Below are positions 48,534 to 62,089 of a stretch of DNA of 64,000 bases, piece after piece. Both the position numbers and the translations under genes were made by a program. The notes under the pieces are model-generated. The model was given only the letters and a program-made list of their open reading frames with translations, was not told the origin of the DNA and searched no databases. The DNA comes from Raillietiella orientalis (lineage: Eukaryota), in NCBI GenBank assembly GCA_036172245.1, contig JAYWIR010000005.1, forward strand, positions 4,960,001 to 5,024,000. The letters run 5' to 3'. Within the stretch, counting starts at the first letter, position 1, and the number at the start of each line of letters is the position of its first letter.

Positions 48534-51500
48534 GTGAGTAGAAAAAGCAATTGCATCATTCTGCCCAACTGTGCATCCCATTTATCTCCTGCGGCTCTAT
48601 TGAACAAGATCCCTTTTTCGTGTTACGGTGGTCCACCTATGCTAGGGTTCCACCCGTTCGCGGTCGATCCCGTCAGAGACTATCACGGTGAGGAGAAGGA
48701 ATTTTGGCTTCCGCTCTGTGGCTGCGAGTCGATCAAGGACCAAGTCGATTCATTAGGAAAACCCAGATGGCATCCGATTTATATCTAACACATTAGGCAG
48801 CATTCTCTACGTCCACTCGAGAAAAATTCCATACCAACGTATTTCGGGGGAAACGCAGTAGCCGAACATTGCCTAAGCAACTGGTGCAGCTACACGCAAT
48901 GGCTCCATCCGTTTCTCGCTCGCTCATTATTTTTTCTCTTCTTCCTACCACTAGTCGCAAACAATTTCGGCCCAGAGGTTGAAACGAGAATGTTTTGTCG
49001 ATTTCGTTTCCTAATGTAATTCGAAGGATCATCCATAGCCAGACTAGGGCTTTCTGGAGATAGCTAGCTCGGTTCTGCTTCATTGATTGACTAATCTTTC
49101 AAGTGAAACTCTAATCATGCACTAACCAACCCTTCTGCGAGTTCTTCACAGCTATCGACTTTGAGAAAAACTGAAACCTAAAAGGTCACAAAATTCTTAT
49201 CTGTAACTTTCTGAATCAATTAGCTTTAATTTGGAAGGAAAGGGATGCTTATCATTTCAAGTTGTCAAGTTCACCAACAGCCTATTTGACTGGAATTCCT
49301 CAAAATTCAGCATCTTTCCGTCAAGAACCTGAGATGCTTTGCGATCCATACTACGTTAGATAACTACGTGATCGTTTCACCAGATGACAACTCAAGAAGA
49401 ATGAAAAACGAGATAAGGCATCTCGAACATCAAGCCTGCAGACTTGGTGTCCATTCTCAAGAAATTCCAATGACAAACTCACATGGAGGGATCATATGCG
49501 TATCTAAAGGAAGAATCACGTAAAGGGGATATGGTCAAGCATATCAGCTCAAGCTAAACCTTGCTAAACCTTCATTTCTGTTCCTACGACCACGCTTTAT
49601 CATAAGAATTATCATCTTCCCTCCAAATCCATCCGATTTGATGACGTAAACTCGCGTAAATCTTAAACTTCAGTTACGCAATCAGCTCCCTATAAACCCA
49701 TATTCTAAGCTGAACCTCAATCTTCCTTGGAGGTAATAAATGCAGTGGCAAAGATGTGGAACGTCATGAAGGCTACAGCCTTTCCATTGCAGTACTTCTG
49801 CAGTTCATGCTGCTCAGAGGATCTTGGAATCCGCAAGCGCCTTCGATCAATCTTCTTTTCTAATTCAGTTGAATACGAATTCCACAATTAATAAGCTGGA
49901 TTTATGCAGGGACTTACTGCAAACCAGAAATCGCTAAGCCATCTCTCAAAGAGAGGGAAACCTTAGTATTCTGTGGAGAAAAAATTCCCAGCACTTGTTC
50001 CCAAAAAGGCCCTTAAGGGATTTCTAAAAGCAAACATAATGGGTGTGAATTAAAGAAAACGACGAACATGGGACGAGAAGCTCTTGCACTGATGACTTGC
50101 TTAAGATGATTTCTCTAGCAACGACAGTATAGTATCTGGTTCGCTGCAAAATCCGTGTGGCAACGCCTTCAAAACCAATCACTTTTCACACACACACACA
50201 CACACTGCTGCCGAATCCCTTTTTTTATGGATTTGCACCAGGGATCGGCACCAAGGAATTTCTATCTATCTCGTTATGGATGATTTTCATTCCACAGTCG
50301 AGAACTGAGAGGCAATCCCTTTCCACTTCTCTAACTTTAGCATGTCGGATGCACTCGGAAAGTTTGGATGGAATTTAAAAAGAATCAAAATGCATTGAAC
50401 AAAGCAATATGATAGACAATTTGTTCCAAGATATCTAATTATCTGTTTCAGAACAGGAGCATTCAGGAATTCAATCAAGCGATCGATTCTAGGAACCGAA
50501 TCGTGCGGTGGCAATCTCAAGAGTGTCAGAACTGTAGTCGAACCATCTTCCATTAAAAGCTTCGATCCCTTTAAAGTTAGAGGACATTTGTGATTTCTTA
50601 TTCTGAGACTGATGGGATTGTGAAAATTCCTGAAAGATCCTGCATTCATCTCTTTGAGCAGCCAAAGCAAACAAAGCTCCATACTTTTCTAATTTTTTTT
50701 AGGCTGTGCAATATAGAAGCATCTTCAAAGTATGCTTGGAATTCCAGGCAACACATATTTTTTTTTTTTTTTTTTCTTACTTGGATTACAAAATAACGAG
50801 CTGCATCCAGGAACAAATGGATTCCTTCGAGTAGAGCCACTGCAACATGTATAGAAATCAAAATGATGCTGCATCATTTGTGCTATAATTGTAGCTCGCG
50901 CTGTCTTCATGCTGTTCCCTTCTAAGCTCAAGCGGAGAAGAACTCGAGTTTCCGGAGTCGTATCTATCCGAAGCAAGTCTCGAATCAATAATGCAGCATC
51001 CACCCTTCCTGCTGTAGTAACAAATCTGCGTTTCAGTTCTCGTGTAACATCGAGTGGGAGAGAATTCAAATGAATTTTGACCTCACCGTGTTCAGTTTTC
51101 CTTCTTCTCATCAACTACCAGATCCACACTCCAAGGGACACCTTGATAATTTGAAAGGCCATCAGCGCATCGATATGCGAAACGCACTTGAAGAGCTCTC
51201 GCTTGAAAACCTAGATATAAGGGACTATACGGAATTACAACAGGAACTTGGTCAGCTGTTCTGTTTAGACTCTCTCCCGGGAACTTTTGGGATCGAAGAT
51301 TTCATTTCAAGACTTTATCTTCCGATGATTCCGCGACCTTTCTTTTTCTGAATTTTCTTTCATTCCTCCATCACTTCTTACAGACGTTTCTAATATGGAT
51401 ACTACATTCACGATGCTATAAGGATATGCAAAGGTGCATGGCATGATCTTGCATGCAGGTGTTTCTGATCTTCCACAAGTTTCATCACAACTGATATCCT

Positions 51501-51634
51501 TGAATCCAACACTAAATTTTACACATTTCCCTTGCTCTTGAAATATAAAGTTGCCAAAATCTGCGCTTCACAAGATGGCCATTGCGTCACTGGCATGTTC
51601 CAAACCATTTTTGGCACTGTGATGCCTTATTTAG

Positions 51635-51819
51635 GGTATTCTGGGATCTGGCTTTGCCCTTAAAGTCCAACAGCAGCAGAGACAAAAGCACATGATCCGT
51701 AGAAGACAACCTGCTGCCACTCTAATCCAGTGCCTCTGGCGTTGCTACGCTTCTGACGAACATTCCATGAGCATCGCTACTTGGAAGATTCATCAAACGC
51801 CTCTTCCGAGTCCTCCAGT
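51635..51819 (+). CDS. KCNQ: KCNQ coding exon G (distal S6, helix A / calmodulin-binding IQ-like motif)
   Basis: Not in the ORF track. [61 protein letters not shown]. Acceptor ttatttag, donor gtaagt; phase 0/2. Confidence 0.96.
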
Positions 51820-54800
51820 GTAAGTACCTTCGTATTCCTTCCAGTTGCGGAAACCCGCGCGGTAGATGACTGCAATGTCGTGTGTGAAAGTAAGAGATGC
51901 TTTTGGGAAGCGCATGTCTCTCGGTTTACCGGGCAGAAAAAGGAAAGGTATCAGCGTTTACCACTGCCTGCTTCGGGAAGGGCATCGGAATCTTGCGAGA
52001 TGAGGACTTCGTACCAAGCGAATCTGTGACTCTATGAAGTGCCATTCCTTATTCCCGTTTGTTGCGTGCGCTGCCTTCTGTCCCGAAAACTCGTTTTCCT
52101 CACGAAAATCGCTGAGACGCCGAGTCGTTTCCATTCTTTGCTTCCTGTGCGGAGATGACACCACTCGAGTGAGATCAAAGCAGAGCTTCCCTAATTCTTC
52201 ATTCCTCCTTGTCTTTTCACAGGTGTGATCGTTTCGTGTCAACATTGGGAATGGATTTTTCTACTTCCCTTTCCGAAGAAGTATACATCTTGTATTGTGG
52301 TGCTGTAGAAACAGCGCGGAAACAACCAGTTTGCGCCCTTGGTGCTTTTTCATTCTGGAGGCAGCATGCTCTTGAGATCTCTAGGGTATTTTCATAGGCG
52401 TTTTGTCGATTTCTTAGTACGCTGTCAGAGCCTGAAAAACGAAAGGAATGCTGCATATACGGGATTTTTCAAGTCCTTTCTACTTAGCCTGGAAAAAAAT
52501 TCCGTCCTTGGTATTCCGAAGAATTCTTCTTCTGTACTTCCGCTGCTGTGCTTCCAAAACAAGATGTTTTGGAAACGCAAGGCGGACTGACGGATTCCGT
52601 CAATCTCAAGCATAAAACAGCACAGATTGCGGAAGGGCGCCGGTTTGCTGCTTTCGAGATCAGACCGTCTCGATTTGTTGAAAGGGAAATTCTTCTGTCA
52701 AAGGTGACGACTGAGGATACGAAAACAGCATGCCCAATCGAAAATAGAATCCGAGATAACTAAGAATAGCAAACACCCGCGGAGAAATCATTGCATTTCG
52801 CATTTCATGGTGCTGCTTTGCGTTTGGTGCTCCCAGACACAGCCACGGGAAGAGGGAAGAATTTCCCCACCTGATTCTTCCAGTATTCCAAACGTGCTGG
52901 TTAGTGTCCAATTATTTGTTCGGCTGAGTTTAGTGGCTCCGCTCTTTTCCGAGTACGTTCCACATAAGTCCAAAGCGTTGGAAAACGAAAAGCAATGCGC
53001 AAGTACGGAGCAGCGTTCCTTCCTGGAAAATCCTGGAAGAACGCATAGGGTTAGCAGCCAGTCATTTGTTCTTACGATCAAAAAATTATGAATAGAGGGA
53101 GTTTGAATCCGTGAAAGACTGTTGAATTCGGGACGTGGCTGTTGTCGCCAATCCAGCAAATCAGCTTGAAGAGATTCCAGCATGAGCCGAAAGCACTGGA
53201 CCATTGAACGAGGAAGAAAAATACCGAAAGTCAGTGAAAGTTGAAATTATAGGGCTAGCAAGAGTCACCTCTCTTTTTCTTGTCGTTGCCTGCAAAGCAT
53301 TAAGGTGTGCAGATGCTTTTGTGTTTTTTTGATCACGACGAGTCGGAAAATGGCTGTCAGACTGGGAACCTCATTCTGGGAACCACAGGCGTGGAGTCTG
53401 TCCACGGCTGGGAATCCGAAAACTTCACTGTATCGAGGAAGAAAAATTCTCCCAACACTTAAATGGGGTAAAAATGAGAAATGGCATGATGACGTGCTTT
53501 ACATTTCTCATTAAATGTTCCCCCTTTATTGAAGAGAAAAGCGTGCTTAGTTCATGATGGACTTCAAAAAAATAAGTCCAAGATTGATTCGCTCAAGATC
53601 TTGTTCATCCACCATATATTTCTCCTCTCCCTTTGATAAGCCGAAGGAGTTGAGTGTTCGTTTTCCTTATTGAATCCAGCAGCTTCTCTCTTTGCTCGGA
53701 AATTTTACCGTACCATGAATTCTCGTTCCATGGTAACCTGTTCTCTCCTCAGTTTCATCTTTCTCCGTGTTTTGCGCAGTTCTGTCGGCTGCATTTTTCG
53801 TGATTTCTGCCTGCGTTGCAAATCCGGCGCAGATTTCGAGATGCAAGTACCTTTCTGAGTGCATCGACGAAAACGTCATTTGCCGCGCTGCTGCTGCACC
53901 AACAAGCAGCTAACGCAGCCGATTTCTAACGCGTTGGCGCTGCTATTGAAAACCAACTTTCCCGCATTGGGGAGCCAAATGTGCCGCCAGGAACGAGGAG
54001 CAAAGTCTCATTCCTTCGCTTCCTCAAAAATGAGTTTTCGAAAAGTCCGCTATCGGACTGCCTGGTTCCATGAGCACTCCTGTGGATAAATGGGCTTCCA
54101 TCCTGCCCCTCCCGGGGCGAACGTGTCCACGGAAACTCCCGGGCACCGACCCAGCCGGCTTCCCTGGTGACCCCGACCCCTGAGCGGTCGGGCGACCTTT
54201 CATGGATCGGTTTCCAATGAGATAAATCCACTTTTCACAACTCCATGGGCGTTGTGCAGTCCTGAATTAGGAAAAAGGCACCGGATCAAAATAATTCTTC
54301 CCTTTTTCTTCGTTTGCGGTGTTTTATTCGAAGCACTCGCCCCAGGTAACTTCCATCTTATGGAGCACGCCCTTCTGTTAGAAAACAAGCTGCTAAGGGA
54401 AAAGTAGGAATGTCAGTGATCTCCGACATCACAGATTCATTATCCCTCAGCCGACTCCTCTGTGGCAACATTATTTGAAGTCTTTGGAATCAGTTCAACT
54501 TGCACAGAAACTTGAAATTTCCTTCTTGTGGAAAACAGAATAAAATCAGCAGTGGTTTCGAGGAACCAAACGACATGGAAATTTCGGGAGGATTACCTTG
54601 CCGAAGGCTCTGAAGGCTCTTCAGAGAACCTTCTTCTCGACCTGAAATTCTTTTGCTCTGTTTTCTGAAGTGGTGATAGATAGATGGATTTGCTGCATCA
54701 GGAAAACTGATAATTCAGAAACTACATGGACGATATGAATTTCATATAAGCCATTTTGCATCCTTAGATGCATAAAGATGTCTCGTAGAGATGCCTTGAA

Positions 54801-57800
54801 TTCGTTTCGACAAAAGAGGACAAATTCTCATCGTAGTAACCAAGGCTCAATGAAGAAATGACTGTTACTCCACACGTGAATAAGTGAATATTATAATAAC
54901 CGCTTAAGCTCCAGGGATACGCAAAACATTCATCGGGAAGGTACATCAGTCACTTCGCCTTCCACCTGTTGTTGCTTGGCAACTCATAAGCTACCCCGAA
55001 TCAAAGAAAGAAAGTTTTAGAGAGTTTTCTTGTGGACTGATCACTCAGGGAGTTTGACTTGAAAGTTCTCACATTAGCAACGAAGTTCAGGAATATGATA
55101 TCCAAGAAGGATTGTCATCATCCTAGTACTCCCAACATTTGGATTTCTTCTGCGAGCAGAAATCTGACCTGTTCTTCCGTCCCCGTGATGAACTCTGCCG
55201 ATTGTAAAGACAAGCTCTTCTAGAACAGCTGACGGAATCCCGTACTGACTACTTAAAACTCCAGTGCTGCGGGCGCTTTGCATCCGGTTTTTGATGAGCA
55301 AAAGCAGCTTTCACCCGTGATTGTTCCTTCTTCGCTGCGGTTCCCCCCGTTGGTTCTTGTAGTCCTTGAATTCCTTCGATTTCATTCAAAGCTGCTCATT
55401 TCCAAGTCTCCCAGGCCACGGTCCATGCAAAAAAAAGAAAAAGAAGGAACCACCGGTGTCCTCGAGCCTCTGCAAACAGTTTTTCCGATGATTTCGTCGG
55501 TCATCTGCTTCCGTCTTATGCGGAACTGGATTCAGAGCGCGCGTACCCCGAACTCTCCCGTGCATCGTGTTTTGCCCATTTCTGGCTTCCCTTTAAGATC
55601 GCATGGTGCTCCAGATCTGCGGCATGTGATGTTTTGTGACTGTCAACGACTGCTCCTGACGATTCGACGGCTTCTGTTCCCCATGTCTGAAGCCCTCGGC
55701 TATAAAAATCTGCCAGTCACCGGTCCTCCTGGAATTGTATCCTGCTTATTCCCATCTGTTTTTCGAGAGAGCAAATCGAGCATCTGGAATTCCGTTTCGG
55801 CATCTCTGCCCCTTGAAGATTTATGGTATTCAGAAGTCAGGTGCAAATTTTACCGTCCTGAAGCAACAACCATTCCATAAAATAAGATTGACAAAAACTA
55901 AATTTATAATCCCAACGCATCCGTGACTGGTTGCGTCGCTGAAACCGAGCAGCCTCTTGCGGATCGAGGATGAGTACCGAGGCCTCGTTGCTTTGGAACC
56001 AGATTCAAAACTCGAGAATTTTCCTCTTTTTGTGCAGCAGCATCCGCACACGCCCAGGACGGGCGGAAAGTCGAAAACGTCGGGAAGCAAAAATCGCTCT
56101 GCTACGAAAACGTCTTTCAAGTGCTGCAGGTTTTGATTTCCGTGCTTAATTGACGGCTGATCGGACCATTCCGATAAGGTTTTGATTTTGATGCAGTGGA
56201 TGCAATAATGGGCTGATAAAAGAAAAGAAAAAGGAACCCTCTGAAGCAGGTGTAAGATTAATGCCACACTTGGGAACTGTGACAGATGCTGGAGACGTCC
56301 GCTCTTGCCTCGTGTATTATTAAAACGCCGGAAATGAAATGAGTTCCTTAACTTTACAGAGAATCGAGCCAGAGTCCCTTGCAAAGCAGAGGGTGAGAAG
56401 GGAATACGAAATCACTGGGTAAGCCAGATCGGGCCGAGAAGTTTTCCACGAAAGGTGCGCACTCCAAAAATCTAGGCTTTGAGTTTGGAGGGCGAAATAC
56501 GAGCATGAAATCTCCCTTAATTTTGTTACATATGTGCAGTGTTATGTAGTGCTGCATTTTGCGATAGCCAGAGGAATGTAAAAATGGCATAACCATAATA
56601 GTGAACGTTCGTTTCCATGGTGAAAATGCTATAATGCCGCCATCGTATCCCATGATGTACGGTTTTCGCACTGCTTCCTGTAGTTCCCTTCTCTCCACTG
56701 ATCTCCTTTGCAAAATCAATTTCTGGAAAACAGCAGCTCTACCCATCATGAATCCTTGGAAATCCTGGGAAGAATCGAGAATATTCTCTTCTTTTTTTGC
56801 TCTTTGAAGTAACCGATGGGTGCCAAGTGGGAGTAGAAAGCCAACGGATTGCGGCATCCGAATTAACGTATGGAGACTCTTGCACTTGAGATCTTGGGTT
56901 TCCGGACGACATCTCAGCTTCTCCCAGAAGTGGGCACCTTTCTCTGGAGAAAACGGACCAAGTCGGATCTCCGGATGCAATCGCATTCCCCGATGCATAT
57001 GCGAATCCAAGTCAACTTTGGTTCATAGTCTCCCCATCCTTGTGAGTTGCTTTGAGGACCGCGAGGACAGACCAATAAGGGCCTGTGGTGGGAATAGAAA
57101 ACGAGCCCATCACCGGGAGAAGCTTTCAGTTTCGGGGCAAGCTCGTTGCTTTGAAAAATTCCCGTGCTCCATAACCAAATGTCAGAAGACGAGGAGCCGA
57201 AAAGCGTCATTACTCCGCGGTGATGACGTGCCGCTTCCATCTTCCACTGGATCTGACGTATGCTTGGAGGGCGACTCGTGCAGCCAAATACTTCGAATGT
57301 TCGGCGTGATTGAGATGCTGGGCATCACACCACTCTGAATCCACTTTGCGATTAGGATGGAAACGCGCATGCTTTCTCTCTAGCCCATCCTGTCACCTAT
57401 TTAACATTTCGTCTTCCTGAGAACATCAAGAAAATATCTCCAGGACATGTTGCTTTCATTCTGTGCATTCGTACGACTCTCTCCCTCTTTCAGTTTCACA
57501 CGCTTTGCTCTGCGTGGCTTCGATGGGGAGGATTCCTGGTACCCATTTACCGCCGATTCCTGTTGCCGCTTGCCGCCCTGAACTTTTACTCTGTAAATGC
57601 TCGCATCGAATGCACGCTCCTTACATTGCAGCGCCGTTCACCAGATTGTTCCATCTTTCGAGATGTTTGAACATCTTCGCCATCGCACAGACGTGATAAA
57701 GAAAGATTCCCCGGATGCTCGCAAGTTTCCCAACCACGTGCCTTCCGGTTGCAGTCGCATCACGCCGAAGTACTGTGGTGACTCGGGGTTGAAGCCGAGT

Positions 57801-58353
57801 GCACGCAAGAATTGATAAATACGTCCAGCTGGAGTAAATTTTGATGTAAAATCCGACATTGGGTTGCGCGAGAACTTTTCGGTTGCTATGCGTAAGGGAG
57901 CCCACAGGGTTTTTCGTTTCGTTTTGTTTGTTTCGTTTCTTGCCAATTTTAGAGGGCAAAGCGTTTTCAAGAAGAGTGGCAAGGAGCTAACATATATGCA
58001 AAAGAGCTAGCAGTCAGACTGAAGACTTTCAGGATAAGAGAAATTGCAGGCAGCGTGAGCCGCGAGTGCCTTGAGAAAATGATTTCTCTGGGATGCGTTC
58101 TTGCATAAGAAATCGGGAAGCATGCCATCGAAAAATCGTACCTCTTTAGCAGAGAGCGACGGCTCAGAAAGGCCTCGATAACCTTCAGCAATCTGCAAAG
58201 ATTTACGGTTTCCATGGACATTCGCATGGCGATTTCCGTTTTCGTGCGAAAACGAAACGCGAAACCTGAATGAAGATGCTTTGGTCCCCTAGGAGGAGGA
58301 CCGAGCTTCTCTTATGCTGCTTTAAGAACTACACCTCGACTGATGTTTTTCAG

Positions 58354-58562
58354 ATTCAAACACAACACCTCCTTCGTTACCAGGCTCCCTACTATCCGAA
58401 GACACAAACAGTCCCCGTCCTCTCTTTTGAGAAATTGGAGCTCTGAGCAAAATGCTTACCCCGAAAATGTTTCCAACTCAAAGCACAATTCCTCATCCAC
58501 GGATGAATACTCTTCAGTAAAAGGTAACACAGATAGTTCAGGAACCAGGAAGAATTCGGATG
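58354..58562 (+). CDS. KCNQ: KCNQ coding exon H (helix A-B linker)
   Basis: FKHNTSFVTRLPTIRRHKQSPSSLLRNWSSEQNAYPENVSNSKHNSSSTDEYSSVKGNTDSSGTRKNSD. The start resembles the arthropod KCNQ linker motif FKHNTSFVxRLPTIRRHK. Acceptor tttttcag in phase 2; donor gtgagt at 58563 (possible alternative donor gtaaca at 58524). Confidence 0.88.
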
Positions 58563-59048
58563 GTGAGTACCTTTGGTTGATCCAGTTACGGTTCGTTCTC
58601 TGTAACTGCGTATTGCTGTTTCGGGATTCTCAGTTTAAGAGGGCACTGGTCTCACCAGCGCATCGCCTGCCAGTCCAAGTCCGTTGTGTCCTCTGCTGCA
58701 GGCTCTTTTTCCACGAAATAATGGCGTATCTAGCAAACCCGTTGTTTTTGGCCGTAGGCGGAGACTTAGCACGGTTCTCCCCTCCCCCCCTCCCGCTTCT
58801 CGCCAAGTACATGCATCATTTCAATTCACTCGCTTTTCCGAATATCCTCAAGAGATTCAGGCCGATCTTTAGCTCAGAGTCCACGCTGAGGGACGGGTAG
58901 TTTGAAATTTTTTCCTCCCATCGAGTCTTCTCCACACACCTCCACCGTGAGCGGGAAGACCTCCGGAGGGTTCCGAAGAGCGGCGTTGCGTTTGGGAGAG
59001 CTTTTCCTACCCGCCAAGGAAAGAGTAGCTGGCACTGAGCAGTCACAT

Positions 59049-59084
59049 GAGAGAGAGAGAGAGAGAGAGGGAGGGAGAGAGAGA
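59049..59084. repeat. (GA)n microsatellite, interrupted
   Basis: Direct reading of the sequence. Confidence 0.95.
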
Positions 59085-59180
59085 AACATCAACCTGTGTT
59101 ATCACTACCGTTGAATAAGCGTCAGGAAGAGCACCATCTTGCGATGTCACCCACTGCAACGGTTCTTCACCAAAGAATTT

Positions 59181-59252
59181 CTTGAGGGCATTAAAAACTT
59201 CCACGAACGGTTCTTGGATGAAATTTTTAATGTCCTCAAGTATGTCCTCAAG
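59181..59252. repeat. 21-bp inverted repeat with an 18-nt loop plus a short tandem duplication
   Basis: 59181-59201 versus reverse complement of 59220-59240: 19/21. atgtcctcaag is repeated at 59230 and 59242. Confidence 0.8.
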
Positions 59253-62017
59253 AATTTTTTAATCCTTTAATAAAAGCAAAGATTTGCGCTTTTACACTTA
59301 TGTGGATGGTGGTGGAGGTCGTATGCTTCCCTTCAAAGGTGAAGACGCCCCACAGCTACGAAATATGAGAGTCTGAAGCACGCTACAGGCAGTTCCGAAA
59401 AAGCGAGTCGTATCTCGTTGCCGGAGAAGAGATCACCAATGCCCATGGCTGACCAACCGGCGACCCTACTTGAGCGGCGGTGTTCAGGAGGATGGAGTGC
59501 CCTCACAGAGTCTTTGGAAAATTCTGCAGACGAAAAGCATCTCCCCGAGCCTCTCAGACGAAAGACTAAAGGATGCAGAAGTCGTGAAGGTCTTTCACTA
59601 GGGAGGAAGAACATCCCAGCCGAGAACGGCAGAGATAGACAAGAAACAGGGATTAGCTTTAGAACGCTGCAGGGTGTTCTCTCGAAAGAACACTGGCAAA
59701 CGGTCCGTTCGATTGGGAGGAAGGGAGCCGGAACAGAGGGAAACATGGGCCAATCCGCACCCAGGAAGACACGCAGCGTCGAATTCCCAGGAAGGAAATT
59801 CCCAGAATACTCCCATGGTCGTTTTGGACTCAGGGATGGACGGCAGCAAGATGCACTGGGATTTTGAGCCTGTCAAGTGACATGAACCACTTGAAGAGGA
59901 AAGTGAGGTCATGTCCGGTGGATTCGCATCCCGCTTCCTACCTTGCTCTCAATGTCCCGGGCCAACGTGGACGGAGGAACGTGGTGACTGCTAGGGGATG
60001 TTCTGAAGGCGGAAAACACCAGCGGCAACAACGAGGCAGACTTGAAGCCTCTGGCTGCCTCCCCAGGGGTGCGCGCGCGCGTGCTCTGCCTTCATGTTCT
60101 TGGTGGCAGTGGTAGTGGTGGAGGTGATGGAGCACCAGCAGCTGAGGCCGACGAGTAGGCCAATGGGGTCACCGCTCGCACGCTGTCGGAGCGACGTGTA
60201 CTTCGATGCCACGTGTGACGATCGAAGCGTGCAGCGGGTGCTGCCCCCAGGAGGATGTGTGGGTCGGCAACGAGCGCTCCAAGAGACCCTGTGGAATTTC
60301 ACCTGAGCGCTGAAGAGCTGCCAACAAATCGATGACTGGGAAATTCATCCCTTACCCACCTTCTTCCTCCTCCCTTCCACCCTCGAAATGCCGGAACGGA
60401 GGAGGGATTTCGCTTCGAAATTCTCCCTGTCCTTTCCTCCTCCCTCTTTTCCCCGTACGAGACGACGGAGGGAGGAGGAGACTCGTTCTTCCGGAGGGTG
60501 CGAAGTTGTCGAGGACCAATTGGCGAGGAAGGCTGGCCCGAAGACGTGAGCGATCAGCAGGGGAGTCCCGGATGGAGGACACCCCTCCAGGAAAGAAGCT
60601 CGTTGTCGTCCCCGGGCTAACCGCCACGCGTGATCCCTCTTCCGGAGAGCGTGCCCCACCGGTTTCCCTAGGAATGCGGCAGCGCATCCCACGAAAATCC
60701 TGGAGAGCCACAACTGCATCCGGGAAAGCCCCGAAAGCGACCCGAGCCTCCGGATAGGATGATGCTGCAGACGAAGGAGGGCGCAAGGGCAAAGGACGGG
60801 AATGATGAGATCGGGGTGAACTCGGTAGTGCCTCGGCAGGGTCATCGAAGGAGGAAGGGTCCGCGGTCTCCACTCCCACCCCGGCCGCGAAGGGAAGCCG
60901 GCTCGCGGAGAGGAGCAGCGGTCCGCGTTGCCGCTCTCCCTCCCGCCGAAAACGGAAGCGACTCCCGGATTGCCTGTGACTTCCTTTCGGGATTCACTCA
61001 TCTACAATCGGAGGCCTGAGACTCTTGGGAAACGGAAAGAGCGGGCCCAGCCGCCTCATCTTCGCGGCCCGTCAAATCCTGGAGGGCTCGAGGCGGACGT
61101 GGCTAGGGGCGGGAGCGCGCAGAACCTTTTGCGCTGAACCGGGACGGCGGAGACGCGCTGGGTCCGTTCCTGGACAACGTCCAGCTCGCGGGCCGGCGTC
61201 TCGGAAGTGCTCCTTCCGGGGACGGAAGACCTCCTGCTCTCCCATGACGGGAAGGAAGACAAGGGCGCCAGGAGGATGACGAGGAGAGCAGTCCAACGAG
61301 GGGGAGGGGTTCCTCGTCCAGCCGGCACTCCAGAGCGCCCGAGATGGCCTTCCTCTCAGGTCTCCTCTGTGGTCCGCGGGCTCGCTTTTCGAGAACCCAG
61401 GGTCGCCCCTACTGAGGAAGGGCACTCCAGGAGAGCCGACTGGATGCACCCCTTTCGTCTTCCACCCCTCTTGTCCATCGTTCCGGTACCTGCCTTCCCT
61501 CCCGAGGGAGGGAGGGAGTTGGGTGCGTCCCAGTGCGGGAAGCGCCACGTCCCTCTCGCCCTTCTATTCGTCATTCCCCGCTTCTTGGGAATGACCAACT
61601 TCCCCCTGGACCGATGCCTCCCCACCATCGGACCCAATGACTCCTCAAACGAAGGCGGGAAGAATGCTATTGAGATCACTCCTCCCCCTTCCTCGTCCTG
61701 GGGGGAAGCGGATGAGAACCACCCCCTCCCGAGGAAGCTTCCCCTCCCTGCCGCTGCCTCTCCACGGCTCTCGCCGAAAGAAAGGAGAGAGAGTCCGTTT
61801 CCGAAGCAACCGCAGCTGCGTCCTACCAGGTCGCCGTCTTTCCCTCCGACCCCCCGCGATGGCGTGGGGAGGAGTCCCCGGCTACAGGGTTGCCGTGGGT
61901 ATACAGGGGCATTGGCGCGGATGTGATGTCGGTCCGTCGCCTCCTTCTCATCCTTAGCAGCAGCTTCCCGCTCCCGTCCCCCTTTAGATAGTTTCGCCTC
62001 CCAATGGGGAGACCCCT

Positions 62018-62089
62018 CCTGCGTTGATTGGCTGCGCTCACGCCCGGCGCTTGCCACCCTTCCCCCTTCCCCCTGCGTTGATTGGCTGC
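62018..62089 (-). promoter_or_regulatory. Duplicated 18-bp CCAAT-box-containing motif
   Basis: cctgcgttgattggctgc at 62018-62035 and 62072-62089 (GCAGCCAATCAA on the minus strand). The repeat is certain; regulatory function is not. Confidence 0.4.

Larger units (their letters stand above)
26499..58562 (+). other. KCNQ: KCNQ (Kv7) potassium channel gene span, partial (8 coding exons found; first exon unresolved, 3' exons beyond window)
   Basis: Manually spliced exons give one continuous frame containing YNFLERPRG, S1-S6, S4 [19 protein letters not shown], pore TVGYGD, S6 FFALPAGILGSG and IQ-like LIQCLWR. All introns are GT-AG with matching phases (2,2,1,0,0,0,2). Confidence 0.97.
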
